Positions 1 through 9,226 of a stretch of DNA of 32,000 nucleotides are shown here, in pieces. The stretch comes from an uncultured beta proteobacterium. Its GTDB lineage: Bacteria > Pseudomonadota > Gammaproteobacteria > Burkholderiales > Burkholderiaceae_C. The stretch spans positions 6,512-38,511 of the forward strand of contig CAIJOK010000024.1 in the NCBI GenBank assembly GCA_903822205.1, written 5' to 3'. The first letter of the stretch is position 1, and each line of letters opens with the position of its first letter. Made by a program: the position numbers and the translations under genes. The notes under the pieces were generated by a model. That model was not told the origin of the DNA. It searched no databases and saw nothing but the letters and a program-made list of their open reading frames with translations.

Positions 1-414
1 GACCAATGTGACGGCAAGGGCATTCTGGAGCAAGTTTGTCAGGTGATCAAGTCTAAAATGCCCGTAAATCAAGCACAGTTTGCTACTGATGCAATAGCGT
101 GGATGGGACCTTGCATCGGTCCAACGGCCTTTGAAGTGGGGCCGGATGTCCATGCAGCGCTGACCCGCCACCACCCGCAGGCTGCCGAGATGTTTTGCCC
201 TGTAGCCACCGTCAATACCGTCAAATGGCGGGCGGATTTGGCAGGTCTGGTGCGCCAAAGGCTGCTGTCACTGGGTATAAGCCAGATTTTTGGCAATGAC
301 TCAACTGCACCATGGTGTACGGTCAGTCAGCCTGAGCGATTTTTTTCGCACCGGCGCGACGGTGTCAGCGGGCGACTTGCAGCCAGTATCTGGCTCCAAT
401 CCAGTACATTTTGA
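1..414 (+). CDS. pgeF: YfiH/PgeF-family (DUF152) laccase-domain protein, C-terminal part. The frame is open from base 1, so the 5' end lies outside the window.
   Basis: Frame 1 is open from position 1 to the stop at 412-414. The C-terminal motif FFSHRRDGVSGRLAASIWL and the MGPCIGPTAFEVGPDV segment are typical of the YfiH/DUF152 family. Confidence 0.7.
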   Translation, partial: DQCDGKGILEQVCQVIKSKMPVNQAQFATDAIAWMGPCIGPTAFEVGPDVHAALTRHHPQAAEMFCPVATVNTVKWRADLAGLVRQRLLSLGISQIFGNDSTAPWCTVSQPERFFSHRRDGVSGRLAASIWLQSSTF

Positions 415-453
415 CTTTCATGGATACTCACCTCATCCAAAAAGGAGCACACG

Positions 454-2193
454 ATGAAAGACAACGACATCAACGCACAGAACACATTATTTGAATCTGC
501 CCGTCAGTTTCAACAAACCCTGACCGAGGGCTGGTCTAAAGCCATGACCTCAATGTTTTCCACAGAGATGGGCAACGCTGGCATTCGCTTGATGGAGCGC
601 GCCACCAAGGCACAGAGCATTAGCTTCGACCCCGAAAAGCTGCAAATTTTGCAGCAGCAGTACTTTGCGGATGCAGGTGAGTTATGGGCACAAAGTTTGC
701 AGGGTGCTGTCAAACTTCAGACCACGGACAAGCGTTTTGCCGATCCATCCTGGCAGGCCAGCCCCTTGGCGGCCTTTACGGTAGCCACTTATTTGCTCAA
801 CGCCAAAACCCTCTGCGGACTGGTCGATGCCGTCGATACGGATGCCAAAACCCGCGCCCGCATTCAGTTTGCCGTTGAGCAGATCAACGCCGCCCTGGCC
901 CCCAGCAATTTCATGGCCTTGAACGTTCATGCCCAGCAAAAAGCGCTAGCCACCCAGGGTGCAAGCGTCGCCCAGGGCATCACCAATTTGCTGCATGACA
1001 TCGGACAGGGCCATATCTCCATGACCGACGAGAGCGTTTTTGAAGTGGGCAAAAACGTGGCCACCACCGAGGGCGCGGTGGTGTTTGAAAATGATCTCTT
1101 TCAATTGCTCGAATACAAGGCTCTGACCGACACCGTCTTTGATCGGCCCTTTTTAATCGTACCTCCTTGCATCAACAAGTTCTACATTCTGGATTTGCAG
1201 CCTGAAAACTCATTGATACGCTACGCCGTGTCGCAGGGTCATCGCACTTTTGTGCTCAGTTGGCGCAACCCCGATGCCTCATTGGCCCACAAAACCTGGG
1301 ACGATTACGTTGAAGATGCCGTGATCAAGGCGATATCTGTCACCCAGACCATCTGCGGCGCGCCCACCGTCAATACGCTGGGTTTTTGCGTTGGCGGCAC
1401 CCTGCTGGGATGTGCCCTGGCGGTACAGGCGGCGCGTGGCAACAAACCCGCAGCCAGCGCTACGTTTTTGACCTCCATGCTTGATTTTGCAGATACGGGG
1501 GTGCTCGATGTCTTCATTGACGAAGATTTTGTCCAGTACCGTGAACAAGAGCTGAGCAAGGGCGGCCTGCTCAAAGGTCAGGATTTGGCCAATACCTTTA
1601 GCATTTTGCGTCCCAATGACCTGGTGTGGAACTACGTAGCAGGCAACTATTTGAAGGGCGAAACCCCGCCGCCGTTTGACTTGCTGTACTGGAACAGCGA
1701 CAGCACCAATTTGCCAGGGCCGTTGTACGCATGGTATCTGCGCGCCACTTACCTTGAGAACCAACTGACCCAGCCTAGCAAGGCCATCGTCTGCGGCCAA
1801 CCCATCGATTTGGGTCGTCTGGACATGCCGGTGTACATCTATGGGTCTCGTGAAGACCACATCGTGCCAATCGGCGGGGCCTATGCCTCTACGCAGTATT
1901 TGCCCGGCCACAAGCGTTTTGTCATGGGGGCATCCGGGCATATTGCCGGCGTGATCAACCCCCCCGCCAAAAACAAACGCAGTCACTGGCTGCGCGAGGA
2001 TGGCATTTTTCCGGCCACCCATGCGCAGTGGGTCTCAGGGGCCACTGAACACCCTGGCAGTTGGTGGACAGACTGGAGCCACTGGTTGGCGCTGCAAGCG
2101 GGCGACAAAAAAGCCGCCCCCAAGCACTATGGCAAGGGCAAGTTCAAGGTGATTGAAGCGGCTCCCGGGCGCTACGTCAAAGTTAAAAGTTAA
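454..2193 (+). CDS. phaC: Class I poly(3-hydroxyalkanoate) synthase
   Basis: 579 aa. Lipase-box-like GFCVGGT with the catalytic Cys, an N-terminal PhaC region (FADPSWQASP), and a conserved LYWNSDSTNLPG segment. An AAAGGAG Shine-Dalgarno lies about 8 nt upstream of the ATG. Confidence 0.95.
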   Translation: MKDNDINAQNTLFESARQFQQTLTEGWSKAMTSMFSTEMGNAGIRLMERATKAQSISFDPEKLQILQQQYFADAGELWAQSLQGAVKLQTTDKRFADPSWQASPLAAFTVATYLLNAKTLCGLVDAVDTDAKTRARIQFAVEQINAALAPSNFMALNVHAQQKALATQGASVAQGITNLLHDIGQGHISMTDESVFEVGKNVATTEGAVVFENDLFQLLEYKALTDTVFDRPFLIVPPCINKFYILDLQPENSLIRYAVSQGHRTFVLSWRNPDASLAHKTWDDYVEDAVIKAISVTQTICGAPTVNTLGFCVGGTLLGCALAVQAARGNKPAASATFLTSMLDFADTGVLDVFIDEDFVQYREQELSKGGLLKGQDLANTFSILRPNDLVWNYVAGNYLKGETPPPFDLLYWNSDSTNLPGPLYAWYLRATYLENQLTQPSKAIVCGQPIDLGRLDMPVYIYGSREDHIVPIGGAYASTQYLPGHKRFVMGASGHIAGVINPPAKNKRSHWLREDGIFPATHAQWVSGATEHPGSWWTDWSHWLALQAGDKKAAPKHYGKGKFKVIEAAPGRYVKVKS

Positions 2194-2243
2194 AAACCAG
2201 TCGTTCAAATTTTCGCATTTTCTTTTTTTGAGAGGGGTACACC

Positions 2244-3425
2244 ATGCAAAAAGACATCGTGATCGTTTCAGCCGTTCGCACCGCTGTGGGCAAGTTTGGC
2301 GGCACTCTGGCCAAAACCCCTGCGCCTGAGCTGGGGGCCATTGTCATCCGCGCCCTGCTTGAAAAAACCGGTCTTGCCACAGACCAGATCGGCGAGGTTA
2401 TTTTGGGACAAGTGCTGACGGCAGGTTCAGGCCAAAACCCCGCGCGCCAGGCTGTCATCACAAGCGGTCTGTCTGACCACACCCCTGCGCTCACGATCAA
2501 CGCTGTTTGCGGGTCAGGCCTCAAGGCCGTGATGCTGGCCGCCCAGTCGATTGCTTGCGGTGACAACGAGATCGTGATAGCCGGAGGGCAAGAAAACATG
2601 AGTGCTTCCCCGCATGTTTTGCCTGGCTCTCGCGACGGTCAGCGCATGGGTGACTTTAAGCTGGTCGATTCGATGATCGTCGATGGACTGTGGGATGTCT
2701 ATCACCAAGTCCACATGGGCATCACGGCCGAAAACGTCAGTCAGCGCTATGGCATCACACGCGACATGCAAGATGCCCTGGCCCTGGCCAGTCAGCAAAA
2801 AGCCGCAGCAGCACAGGATGCAGGCCGTTTTAAGGACGAGATCACCCCAGTGCGTACCGTCCCCAAAAAGGGCGACCCGATTGTGTTTGAGACCGATGAG
2901 TTTTTGAACCGCAAAACCACCGCACAGGCCCTGGCCGCTTTGCGCCCGGCTTTCGACAAGGCTGGCAGCGTGACGGCAGGCAACGCCTCGGGCATCAACG
3001 ACGGTGCGGCAGCCGTGATGGTGATGACCGCTCAAAAAGCCGCCACACTGGGCCTGACTCCGATGGGTCGCATCGCTGGATTTGCCACCAGTGGTCTGGA
3101 CCCCGCCATCATGGGCATGGGGCCGGTGTCGGCATCCAGACGGGCACTGGCTTGTATCGGCTGGCATGTGGATGACCTGGACCTGCTTGAGATCAACGAG
3201 GCCTTTGCAGCACAGGCCTGCGCTGTTAACCAAGAGATGGGCTGGGACACCGCCCGGGTCAATGTCAATGGGGGTGCGATCGCGATCGGACACCCGATCG
3301 GTGCTTCAGGCTGCCGCATTTTGGTCACGCTGCTGCATGAAATGCAGCGCCGCAATGCCAAGAAAGGCCTGGCCAGCCTGTGCGTCGGAGGCGGGATGGG
3401 CGTGGCCCTGTGCGTTGAACGCTAA
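2244..3425 (+). CDS. phaA: Acetyl-CoA acetyltransferase (beta-ketothiolase)
   Basis: 393 aa. Thiolase signatures: INAVCGSGLKAV (active-site Cys), NVNGGAIAIGHPIGASGCRIL and CVGGGMG at the C-terminus. It lies directly downstream of phaC. Confidence 0.93.
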   Translation: MQKDIVIVSAVRTAVGKFGGTLAKTPAPELGAIVIRALLEKTGLATDQIGEVILGQVLTAGSGQNPARQAVITSGLSDHTPALTINAVCGSGLKAVMLAAQSIACGDNEIVIAGGQENMSASPHVLPGSRDGQRMGDFKLVDSMIVDGLWDVYHQVHMGITAENVSQRYGITRDMQDALALASQQKAAAAQDAGRFKDEITPVRTVPKKGDPIVFETDEFLNRKTTAQALAALRPAFDKAGSVTAGNASGINDGAAAVMVMTAQKAATLGLTPMGRIAGFATSGLDPAIMGMGPVSASRRALACIGWHVDDLDLLEINEAFAAQACAVNQEMGWDTARVNVNGGAIAIGHPIGASGCRILVTLLHEMQRRNAKKGLASLCVGGGMGVALCVER

Positions 3426-3511
3426 ACCCCGTCGCTAGAATCCACGCCCCAATTGCTTGGGTGTATGTCCCGAGTCTTTGGGGGTGCGCCTTCCATCTTT
3501 CTATTGTTTTT

Positions 3512-5866
3512 ATGCACTTGCCCCCCGCCCCTCATTCCCCCCTTCGTTTTTTGCATGTGCTTGGTGTTCTCGCTTTGGCCTTGCTTCTTGACACAAGCTT
3601 GCAAGCGCAGACCCCTACAGTCACGACCAGCTCTGTCTTTGGCCCCGCAACTGTCGGTGCGTTCACAGAGGCAAACTCTGTCGTGACGATACCGGCAGGC
3701 CCCTTTGCCACTGGCAGGGTATCGGGCAATACGCCGCAATCTGCATCCAAAAATGCAGACATCACCCGTCCCAATGCCCCTGCAACCGACATCGTAGCTT
3801 CACGGCCGCCCACACGGGTTGCAGGCCCCAACCAGTTTCAGCGTTTTGTGCAAGAAACCACTGGTGGGCTGCTGCCGGTCTTTGGCAGTGAGCTGTTTAC
3901 GTCTCCCCAAGCCTACGCCGCCAACACGGCTTTGCCAGCCCCTGACAACTATGTGCTGGGCCCGGGTGATGAAGTTCAACTGCAAGTCTTTGGTCCGCAA
4001 GATTTTGATGCCAGTCTGACGCTGGACCGCAATGGTCAGGTCAGCCTGCCAAAAGTAGGCACGGTTGCCTTGGCCGGCGTGGCCGTGCGCGACCTTGAAA
4101 AAACCATGACCCATCACCTGGGCAAGGTTTTTGCCAATTTCAAAGTCAGCGCTACGCTGGGACGACTGCGCAGCATTCAGGTCTATGTGGTGGGTCAGGC
4201 GCATCAGCCAGGCACTTACTTGCTGTCCAGTCTCAGCACCTTGGTCAATGCTTTATTTGCCAGCGGTGGCCCCAGCGCCAACGGGTCCATGCGCAGCATT
4301 GAACTTAAACGCGCTGGAAAAACCGTGACCACGATCGATTTGTATGACTTTATTGCACGGGGCGACAAGTCCCGCGACCTGACACTGCTCTCAGGCGATG
4401 TCATCGTGATCCCCCCTGTGGGGCATCGCGTCGCCGTGACCGGTGCCTTTGACCAGGCCGCCATTTTTGAATTGAAACCTGGCACAAACAGCATCGCCGA
4501 CATCTTGTCGCTGGGGGGCGGAGTTCCTGCTTTGGCAACCAGTCAAAAGGCGGTGCTTGAGCGCATCACACCTGCAAGCATCCCCCCACGTCAGGTACTG
4601 GATGTCGTTCTTGACGCAACAGGGCTGCACCAGCCGCTTCAGGATGGCGATGTGCTGACACTTTTGGGCATCAGTCCGGCCTTTGCCAATGCCGTGACCT
4701 TGCAGGGCACGGTGGCATACCCTTTGCGTTACCGATGGTTTGAGGGCATGAAAATATTGGACTTGATTCCGGAGCGCGATGCCCTGATCACCGGCGACTA
4801 TTACAAACGCAAAAATTTACTGGTACAAAACGCTGAGGCTGCCAAAGTGGCAGGGGCCAATGTCTCTGGCCAAATTCGGGGCATGGTCGATCAGATCAAC
4901 TGGGACTACGCCGTGATCGAGCGACTGGATCGCAACAAACTGAGCACGCAATTGATCCCATTCAATCTTGGACGGGCTGTGTTGCACCATGACCCCGCAC
5001 ACAACCTGCCGCTTCAGCCGGGGGATGTCGTCACCATCCTGAACCAAAACGACATCAGAGTACCGCAAGACCGGCAAAGCCGTCTGGTTCGTATTGAGGG
5101 CGAAGTGGCAGCTCCTGGTATTTACCAGGCTTTGCCCGGAGAGACACTGCCCCAAATCATCACCCGCGTGGGTGGTCTGACCCCACAGGCCTATGTGTTT
5201 GGCACTGAATTTAGCCGTGACTCCGTTCGCACACGCCAGCAGGACAACCTGGACACCTTGATCCGGCGGCTGGAGGCCCAGTCGCAAGCCCAGTCCGGTT
5301 CGCTATCGGCCAACCGCAGTGGCATGGATACCACCACCATTGCTTTGCAACAGCAACAGCAGCAGGCCCAACTTAAAAGCCAGATCGACAGGCTTAAATC
5401 ATTCAAGAGCAATGGCCGACTGGCGCTTGAACTCTCTCCTGAAGCTCAGCATTTGGACACTCTGCCACCCTTGGTACTGGAGGATGGCGACCATATCCTG
5501 ATCCCCAGCATGCCTGGTTTTGTCTCGGCTTTGGGGTCGGTCAACAATGAAAACGTGTTCATCTACAAGCCTGGCAAGACGGTGGCTGATGTCATTCGAT
5601 CTGCCGGCCTGACGGAAGACGCAGAGCCTGCCCAGGCCTTTGTGCTGCGGGCCGATGGCAGCATCGTGGCACGGGCCGACCGTGGTGGCTTGTTTGGAAA
5701 CAATTTTGAGTCTTTGATCGTCATGCCGGGCGACACGGTGGTTGTACCTGCGCAAGTGGACCGTGAAACCCGCTACAACGCCATCGTCAGGGGTGTTAAG
5801 GACTGGACCCAAATTCTGTCCAATCTGGGCTTGGGTGTTGCGGCTTTTCGGTCCATGGGCTATTAA
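3512..5866 (+). CDS. Large outer-membrane polysaccharide export protein (Wza-like Poly_export domain plus multiple SLBB-type repeats and a Gln-rich coiled-coil segment)
   Basis: The ORF track gives 3461..5866. I prefer the ATG at 3512 because it yields a signal-peptide-like N-terminus (MHLPPAPHSPLRFLHVLGVLALALLLDTSLQAQ). The Poly_export-like block is YVLGPGDEVQLQVFGPQDFDASLTLDRNGQVSLPKVGTVALAGV. Repeated G-D-x-I/V-x-I/V-P motifs are typical of SLBB domains. Confidence 0.82.
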   Translation: MHLPPAPHSPLRFLHVLGVLALALLLDTSLQAQTPTVTTSSVFGPATVGAFTEANSVVTIPAGPFATGRVSGNTPQSASKNADITRPNAPATDIVASRPPTRVAGPNQFQRFVQETTGGLLPVFGSELFTSPQAYAANTALPAPDNYVLGPGDEVQLQVFGPQDFDASLTLDRNGQVSLPKVGTVALAGVAVRDLEKTMTHHLGKVFANFKVSATLGRLRSIQVYVVGQAHQPGTYLLSSLSTLVNALFASGGPSANGSMRSIELKRAGKTVTTIDLYDFIARGDKSRDLTLLSGDVIVIPPVGHRVAVTGAFDQAAIFELKPGTNSIADILSLGGGVPALATSQKAVLERITPASIPPRQVLDVVLDATGLHQPLQDGDVLTLLGISPAFANAVTLQGTVAYPLRYRWFEGMKILDLIPERDALITGDYYKRKNLLVQNAEAAKVAGANVSGQIRGMVDQINWDYAVIERLDRNKLSTQLIPFNLGRAVLHHDPAHNLPLQPGDVVTILNQNDIRVPQDRQSRLVRIEGEVAAPGIYQALPGETLPQIITRVGGLTPQAYVFGTEFSRDSVRTRQQDNLDTLIRRLEAQSQAQSGSLSANRSGMDTTTIALQQQQQQAQLKSQIDRLKSFKSNGRLALELSPEAQHLDTLPPLVLEDGDHILIPSMPGFVSALGSVNNENVFIYKPGKTVADVIRSAGLTEDAEPAQAFVLRADGSIVARADRGGLFGNNFESLIVMPGDTVVVPAQVDRETRYNAIVRGVKDWTQILSNLGLGVAAFRSMGY

Positions 5867-5876
5867 GGTGAGCTTG

Positions 5877-7088
5877 ATGAACCTTTCTGACCCTTCTGCT
5901 GCAACCACCACGGCGATGATGTCTGCGCCAAGTGCGGGCATCGCCGATGACGAAATCAGCCTGCTGGACCTGCTACAGGTCGTTTTTGACAACCTGCGCC
6001 TGCTGGTGCTGGGGCCATTGGCCGTCGGTCTGTTGGCGCTTGGTGTCAGCTTTTTGATCGCCCCCACCTTTACCGCCACCACCCGGTTCATGCCCCCACA
6101 GCAACAGCAGGGCGCAGCAGCAGCCATGTTGCAGTCGCTGGGTGCCCTGGGCGGACTGGCCGGGGCCGCTGCCGGCATCAAAAATCCATCAGACCAGTAT
6201 GTGGCCTTGATGAAAAGCCGTACGGTTCAAGACACACTGCTCGACCGATTCAAATTGATGGAGCGCTACCAAGCCAAATACCGTGAGAGTGCGCGGGCTG
6301 CCCTGGATGGCAATGTGGTGATCGTCGGTGGCAAAGACGGTCTGATCAGCGTGGATGCCAGCGACAAAGACCCTGCTGTAGCGGCCCAAATCGCCAACGC
6401 CTATGTGGATGAACTGGCTCGCTTATTGACGCGTCTGGCGGTCACCGAAGCGCAGCAACGGCGTTTATTTTTTGAGAAACAACTGGGCGACACCAAGGAC
6501 AAGCTAACCCGCGCCGAAGTCGCGCTCAAGTCCAGCGGCATCAACAGCAGCGTACTCAAAACCAGCGCAACTGCTGCCATTGAAAATCTGGCCAAACTCA
6601 AGGCCGCCATCACCGCCCAAGAGATCAAACTGGCCAGCATGAGAGGCTACCTGACCGAAAGTTCGCCAGACTTTAAACAGGCCCAGACTGAGCTCTCAGC
6701 AATGCGCAGCCAGTTAACCCGAGCCGAAACACCCGACCCCACCAGTGCTGGCGCAGACAGCAGTTACATCACCAAGTTTCGAGATTTCAAGTACTTTGAA
6801 ACCCTGTTTGAACTGTTTGCCAAACAGTATGAAATCGCCCGCATCGACGAAAGCCGCGAGGGAGCGGTCATTCAGGTGGTCGATACTGCCGTGCCACCTG
6901 AGCTTAAGAGCAAGCCCAAAAAGTCGCTGATCGCCTTGCTCAGTACCTTTGTGGCGGGGTTTGGACTGCTGCTGTTTGTGTTTATCAGGCAGGCCGTGCG
7001 CAACGCTGCCCACATGCCAGAAACCGCCCAAAAGCTCTTGCGCCTGCGCCAGGCATGGCTTAGGGCACTGGGGCGAACACCGTCCTGA
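5877..7088 (+). CDS. Wzz/GumC-like polysaccharide chain-length determinant (PCP family, no kinase domain)
   Basis: The ORF track starts at 5742 inside the previous gene. The ATG at 5877 is preceded by AAGGTGAG. The protein has an N-terminal TM helix (LLVLGPLAVGLLALGVSFLI), a Wzz-like segment, a long coiled-coil periplasmic region, and a C-terminal VVDTAVPPELKSKPKK motif followed by a second TM helix. Confidence 0.82.
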   Translation: MNLSDPSAATTTAMMSAPSAGIADDEISLLDLLQVVFDNLRLLVLGPLAVGLLALGVSFLIAPTFTATTRFMPPQQQQGAAAAMLQSLGALGGLAGAAAGIKNPSDQYVALMKSRTVQDTLLDRFKLMERYQAKYRESARAALDGNVVIVGGKDGLISVDASDKDPAVAAQIANAYVDELARLLTRLAVTEAQQRRLFFEKQLGDTKDKLTRAEVALKSSGINSSVLKTSATAAIENLAKLKAAITAQEIKLASMRGYLTESSPDFKQAQTELSAMRSQLTRAETPDPTSAGADSSYITKFRDFKYFETLFELFAKQYEIARIDESREGAVIQVVDTAVPPELKSKPKKSLIALLSTFVAGFGLLLFVFIRQAVRNAAHMPETAQKLLRLRQAWLRALGRTPS

Positions 7089-7335
7089 AACAGCCCGTCA
7101 GGACCCGCAGCGAAGCTCGCCCTCTTGCGCCACGGGGGCAGGGCCAAAAGTCTCTGAGCGACGCTAACTGTCATGTGAATTGCAAGGAAAAAACGGATTC
7201 AATCGCTTCCAGGTGGTCGCGGGGGATTTTGAGTCGTATGCGCGCACCCGTTTCACCACCCGGTTCAACCATCAAAACGAGGGTTGGATGGCCTTTCCGA
7301 GTGATCGCGTGATCGGGGACTTGTTGTTTTCCTGA

Positions 7336-9114
7336 CTACTTATTGACCCAAAAGCCCGACCCCGGCGTGAGATCGCGTTTGCTGGCCGTAAAGTCCAAAT
7401 AGCCCTTGGCGGCAATGTAGTCGGTCAATCCCTTGCCGCCGTCTTTGGCCTCATAAGTGGGTGCATAAAAATACCACTTGGACTGTGGGCCGTCCCACGC
7501 CCACAGGGTGGTCAGGTTAAGGGACACCACGCCTGCTACGGGCGGTGTCGCGCTCAGGTCACCATTAAAGCTGCTGGCGCTTTTTGCCTTGCCGATCGCC
7601 ACCAGGTTCCAGCCCGTCCTAAGTGCATGGGTGTTGCCAGCCTGGAAGTCAGTGCTCGTGACGGGTGTTGTGGTGGGCAGTACCACGGTAAACGGCTGTT
7701 TGACATTGACCCAAAAGCCCTCGCCGGCACCGATTTCGCTCAGCACGCCATAGCCCTTGCTGGCGGCGTAGTTTTGCAGTTCTTGCGCGTTCATGCTGGG
7801 CGAATAAAACTGCCATCCGTTTTTGGGTGCATCCCACTTCCAGACCGTGGTCACGTTGGCTGTATTTCCAAAAATGGTGGCAACTGGCAGTGCCTGGCCC
7901 CAGCCATTGCCAAGCAAGTTCCAGCCACTATCCAGCATCAGGGTGTCACCCGGGGTGCCCGGGGTAGTGCTGTCCAAAACGCTCCAGCCTAAACGGACGA
8001 CTTGCGTTGTGGTGGTTGTGGTGGCAACCGTGCTGGTGCTTGTGGTGGTCGCTGGCGCAGTGGATGTTGTCGATGTGGTGGTCGTCGTTACCGGCAAAGA
8101 TGTCGTTGTCGTGGTAAATGTCGTCGTACTGGTCGATGTGGTCGTCGTTACCGGTAAAGATGTGCTTGTCGTCGTTGGCGCGGTGGTGGGGGTGACAACC
8201 ACAGGTGTGCCAGTGCGCACCAGTCGGACTGAAAGGGTTTGGGTCTTCAGATACCAGTCGCTGCTGGCATTGAGAGCGACACCACGGACTCTCGACACGG
8301 ATGACTGTTCATTGGTAGGTGAAGTTGACCAAACCTTGGCCGTCACACCGCCCGGAAACAGGGATGCGCTGATCGTTGACCGTGATTGCGTGAAATTGAC
8401 CAGACCCCACAGTTCAGCTTCAGTCGGCACTCGCCAGTCTGTTTTGCCTGCCAAACTGCTGAATATTTGCGAGGTCTCATCCCATGAATAGACACCTACC
8501 GTACCGCTACAGGTGCCGATTGTCCAGCTTTGTCCCATCAGGCAGCGCTGCCAGACCAGGCCTGAGGTGGTGTCCGTGACCGTTCCATCCCCTTGACCGA
8601 CATAGTCGGTATCGGGACGACTGATGCCTGTTAGACCCAAAGACTGTCCGGCTCGGACAAGTCGAACCAAATACGAAGCGCTCACGCTTGATGAGGCAGT
8701 TGCGCCATACGAATCCATGCTCAACGCTGATGATGCAGAGCTTGACAACACTGAAGACGACCACAGTCTTCTTTGAGAGGAGGAGAAATAGGTGAACTCA
8801 ACGTCGGCGATCCTCATCGTTTGCAATTCTGCAATGTTTGGCAGTCGCCAATCCGTCTGACCTGCAAACGACACCGCTCCTGTTCGCGCATTGGCTTGAT
8901 CCCACGTGTAGATGTTGGGGCTGGCAGTACACCCCCCCGTCGTTTGAACCCAAGTCTGCCCCTCGGCACAACGCTTCCAGACCAGCCCCGTGGTGGGGTC
9001 GGTCACCGTGCCGTCGCCGTTGTCGGTGTAGGTTTTGGCTGCCAGCGCATGGGCTGCGCCCGCCATCAGGCAAGCAGCAAGCAAGTAGCGAATCAGGTGT
9101 CGAAAGATATTCAC
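7336..9114 (-). CDS. Secreted modular protein: signal peptide, two DUF1566 (Lcl C-terminal-like) domains, a Thr-rich linker, and two copies of an approximately 95-aa C-terminal repeat (GWNL...W.WD...W.FY.P...KGY...G.GFWVN)
   Basis: GTG start at 9114 with GGAG 7 nt upstream. The signal peptide is LLAACLMAGAAHALA. The DUF1566 hallmark GDGTVTD.T.GLVW.RC occurs twice. The internal duplication of the C-terminal module is visible directly in the translation. Confidence 0.8.
   Translation of the reverse strand: MNIFRHLIRYLLAACLMAGAAHALAAKTYTDNGDGTVTDPTTGLVWKRCAEGQTWVQTTGGCTASPNIYTWDQANARTGAVSFAGQTDWRLPNIAELQTMRIADVEFTYFSSSQRRLWSSSVLSSSASSALSMDSYGATASSSVSASYLVRLVRAGQSLGLTGISRPDTDYVGQGDGTVTDTTSGLVWQRCLMGQSWTIGTCSGTVGVYSWDETSQIFSSLAGKTDWRVPTEAELWGLVNFTQSRSTISASLFPGGVTAKVWSTSPTNEQSSVSRVRGVALNASSDWYLKTQTLSVRLVRTGTPVVVTPTTAPTTTSTSLPVTTTTSTSTTTFTTTTTSLPVTTTTTSTTSTAPATTTSTSTVATTTTTTQVVRLGWSVLDSTTPGTPGDTLMLDSGWNLLGNGWGQALPVATIFGNTANVTTVWKWDAPKNGWQFYSPSMNAQELQNYAASKGYGVLSEIGAGEGFWVNVKQPFTVVLPTTTPVTSTDFQAGNTHALRTGWNLVAIGKAKSASSFNGDLSATPPVAGVVSLNLTTLWAWDGPQSKWYFYAPTYEAKDGGKGLTDYIAAKGYLDFTASKRDLTPGSGFWVNK
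8005..8200 (-). repeat. Thr/Ser-rich low-complexity linker containing an approximately 30-bp duplicated DNA unit (cgatgtggt(ggt)cgtcgttaccgg[c/t]aaagatgt at about 8071-8103 and 8134-8163)
   Basis: The translation reads TTAPTTTSTSLPVTTTTSTSTTTFTTTTTSLPVTTTTTSTTSTAPATTTSTSTVATTTTTT. The SLPVTTTT unit appears twice at about 60-bp spacing. Confidence 0.85.
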
Positions 9115-9226
9115 AATCAGTCTCCGTTAACAGGGTTGGGTGGGTTCTGACCACAAGAGCGCGATCAGCGTGGGATGGTCACTATAGCTGAAACACAGGG
9201 CCGTTTTGGGGATGGACGCTTCTTGA

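Noticed and set aside
5742-5876. Upstream extension of the Wzz-like ORF overlapping the OPX gene by 125 nt
   Set aside because: The extension translates to non-membrane, non-conserved sequence. The ATG at 5877 has a Shine-Dalgarno and sits just after the upstream stop.
7082-7104. Inverted repeat GTCCTGA-n9-TCAGGAC overlapping the wzz-like stop codon, considered as a terminator
   Set aside because: The stem is only 7 bp with a 9-nt loop and no following T-run, so it is not a convincing intrinsic terminator.
7151-7335. Short open frame (...FQVVAGDFESYARTRFTTRFNHQNEGWMAFPSDRVIGDLLFS*) in the wzz/DUF1566 convergent intergenic region
   Set aside because: It is under 60 aa, with only CTG/TTG or a late ATG as possible starts, no Shine-Dalgarno and no recognisable family. 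It could be a gene remnant, but I cannot support that.
8005-8200. Periodic repeats, checked as a possible CRISPR-like array
   Set aside because: The repeats lie inside a continuous ORF and encode a Thr-rich linker. There is no repeat-spacer organisation and there are no cas genes.
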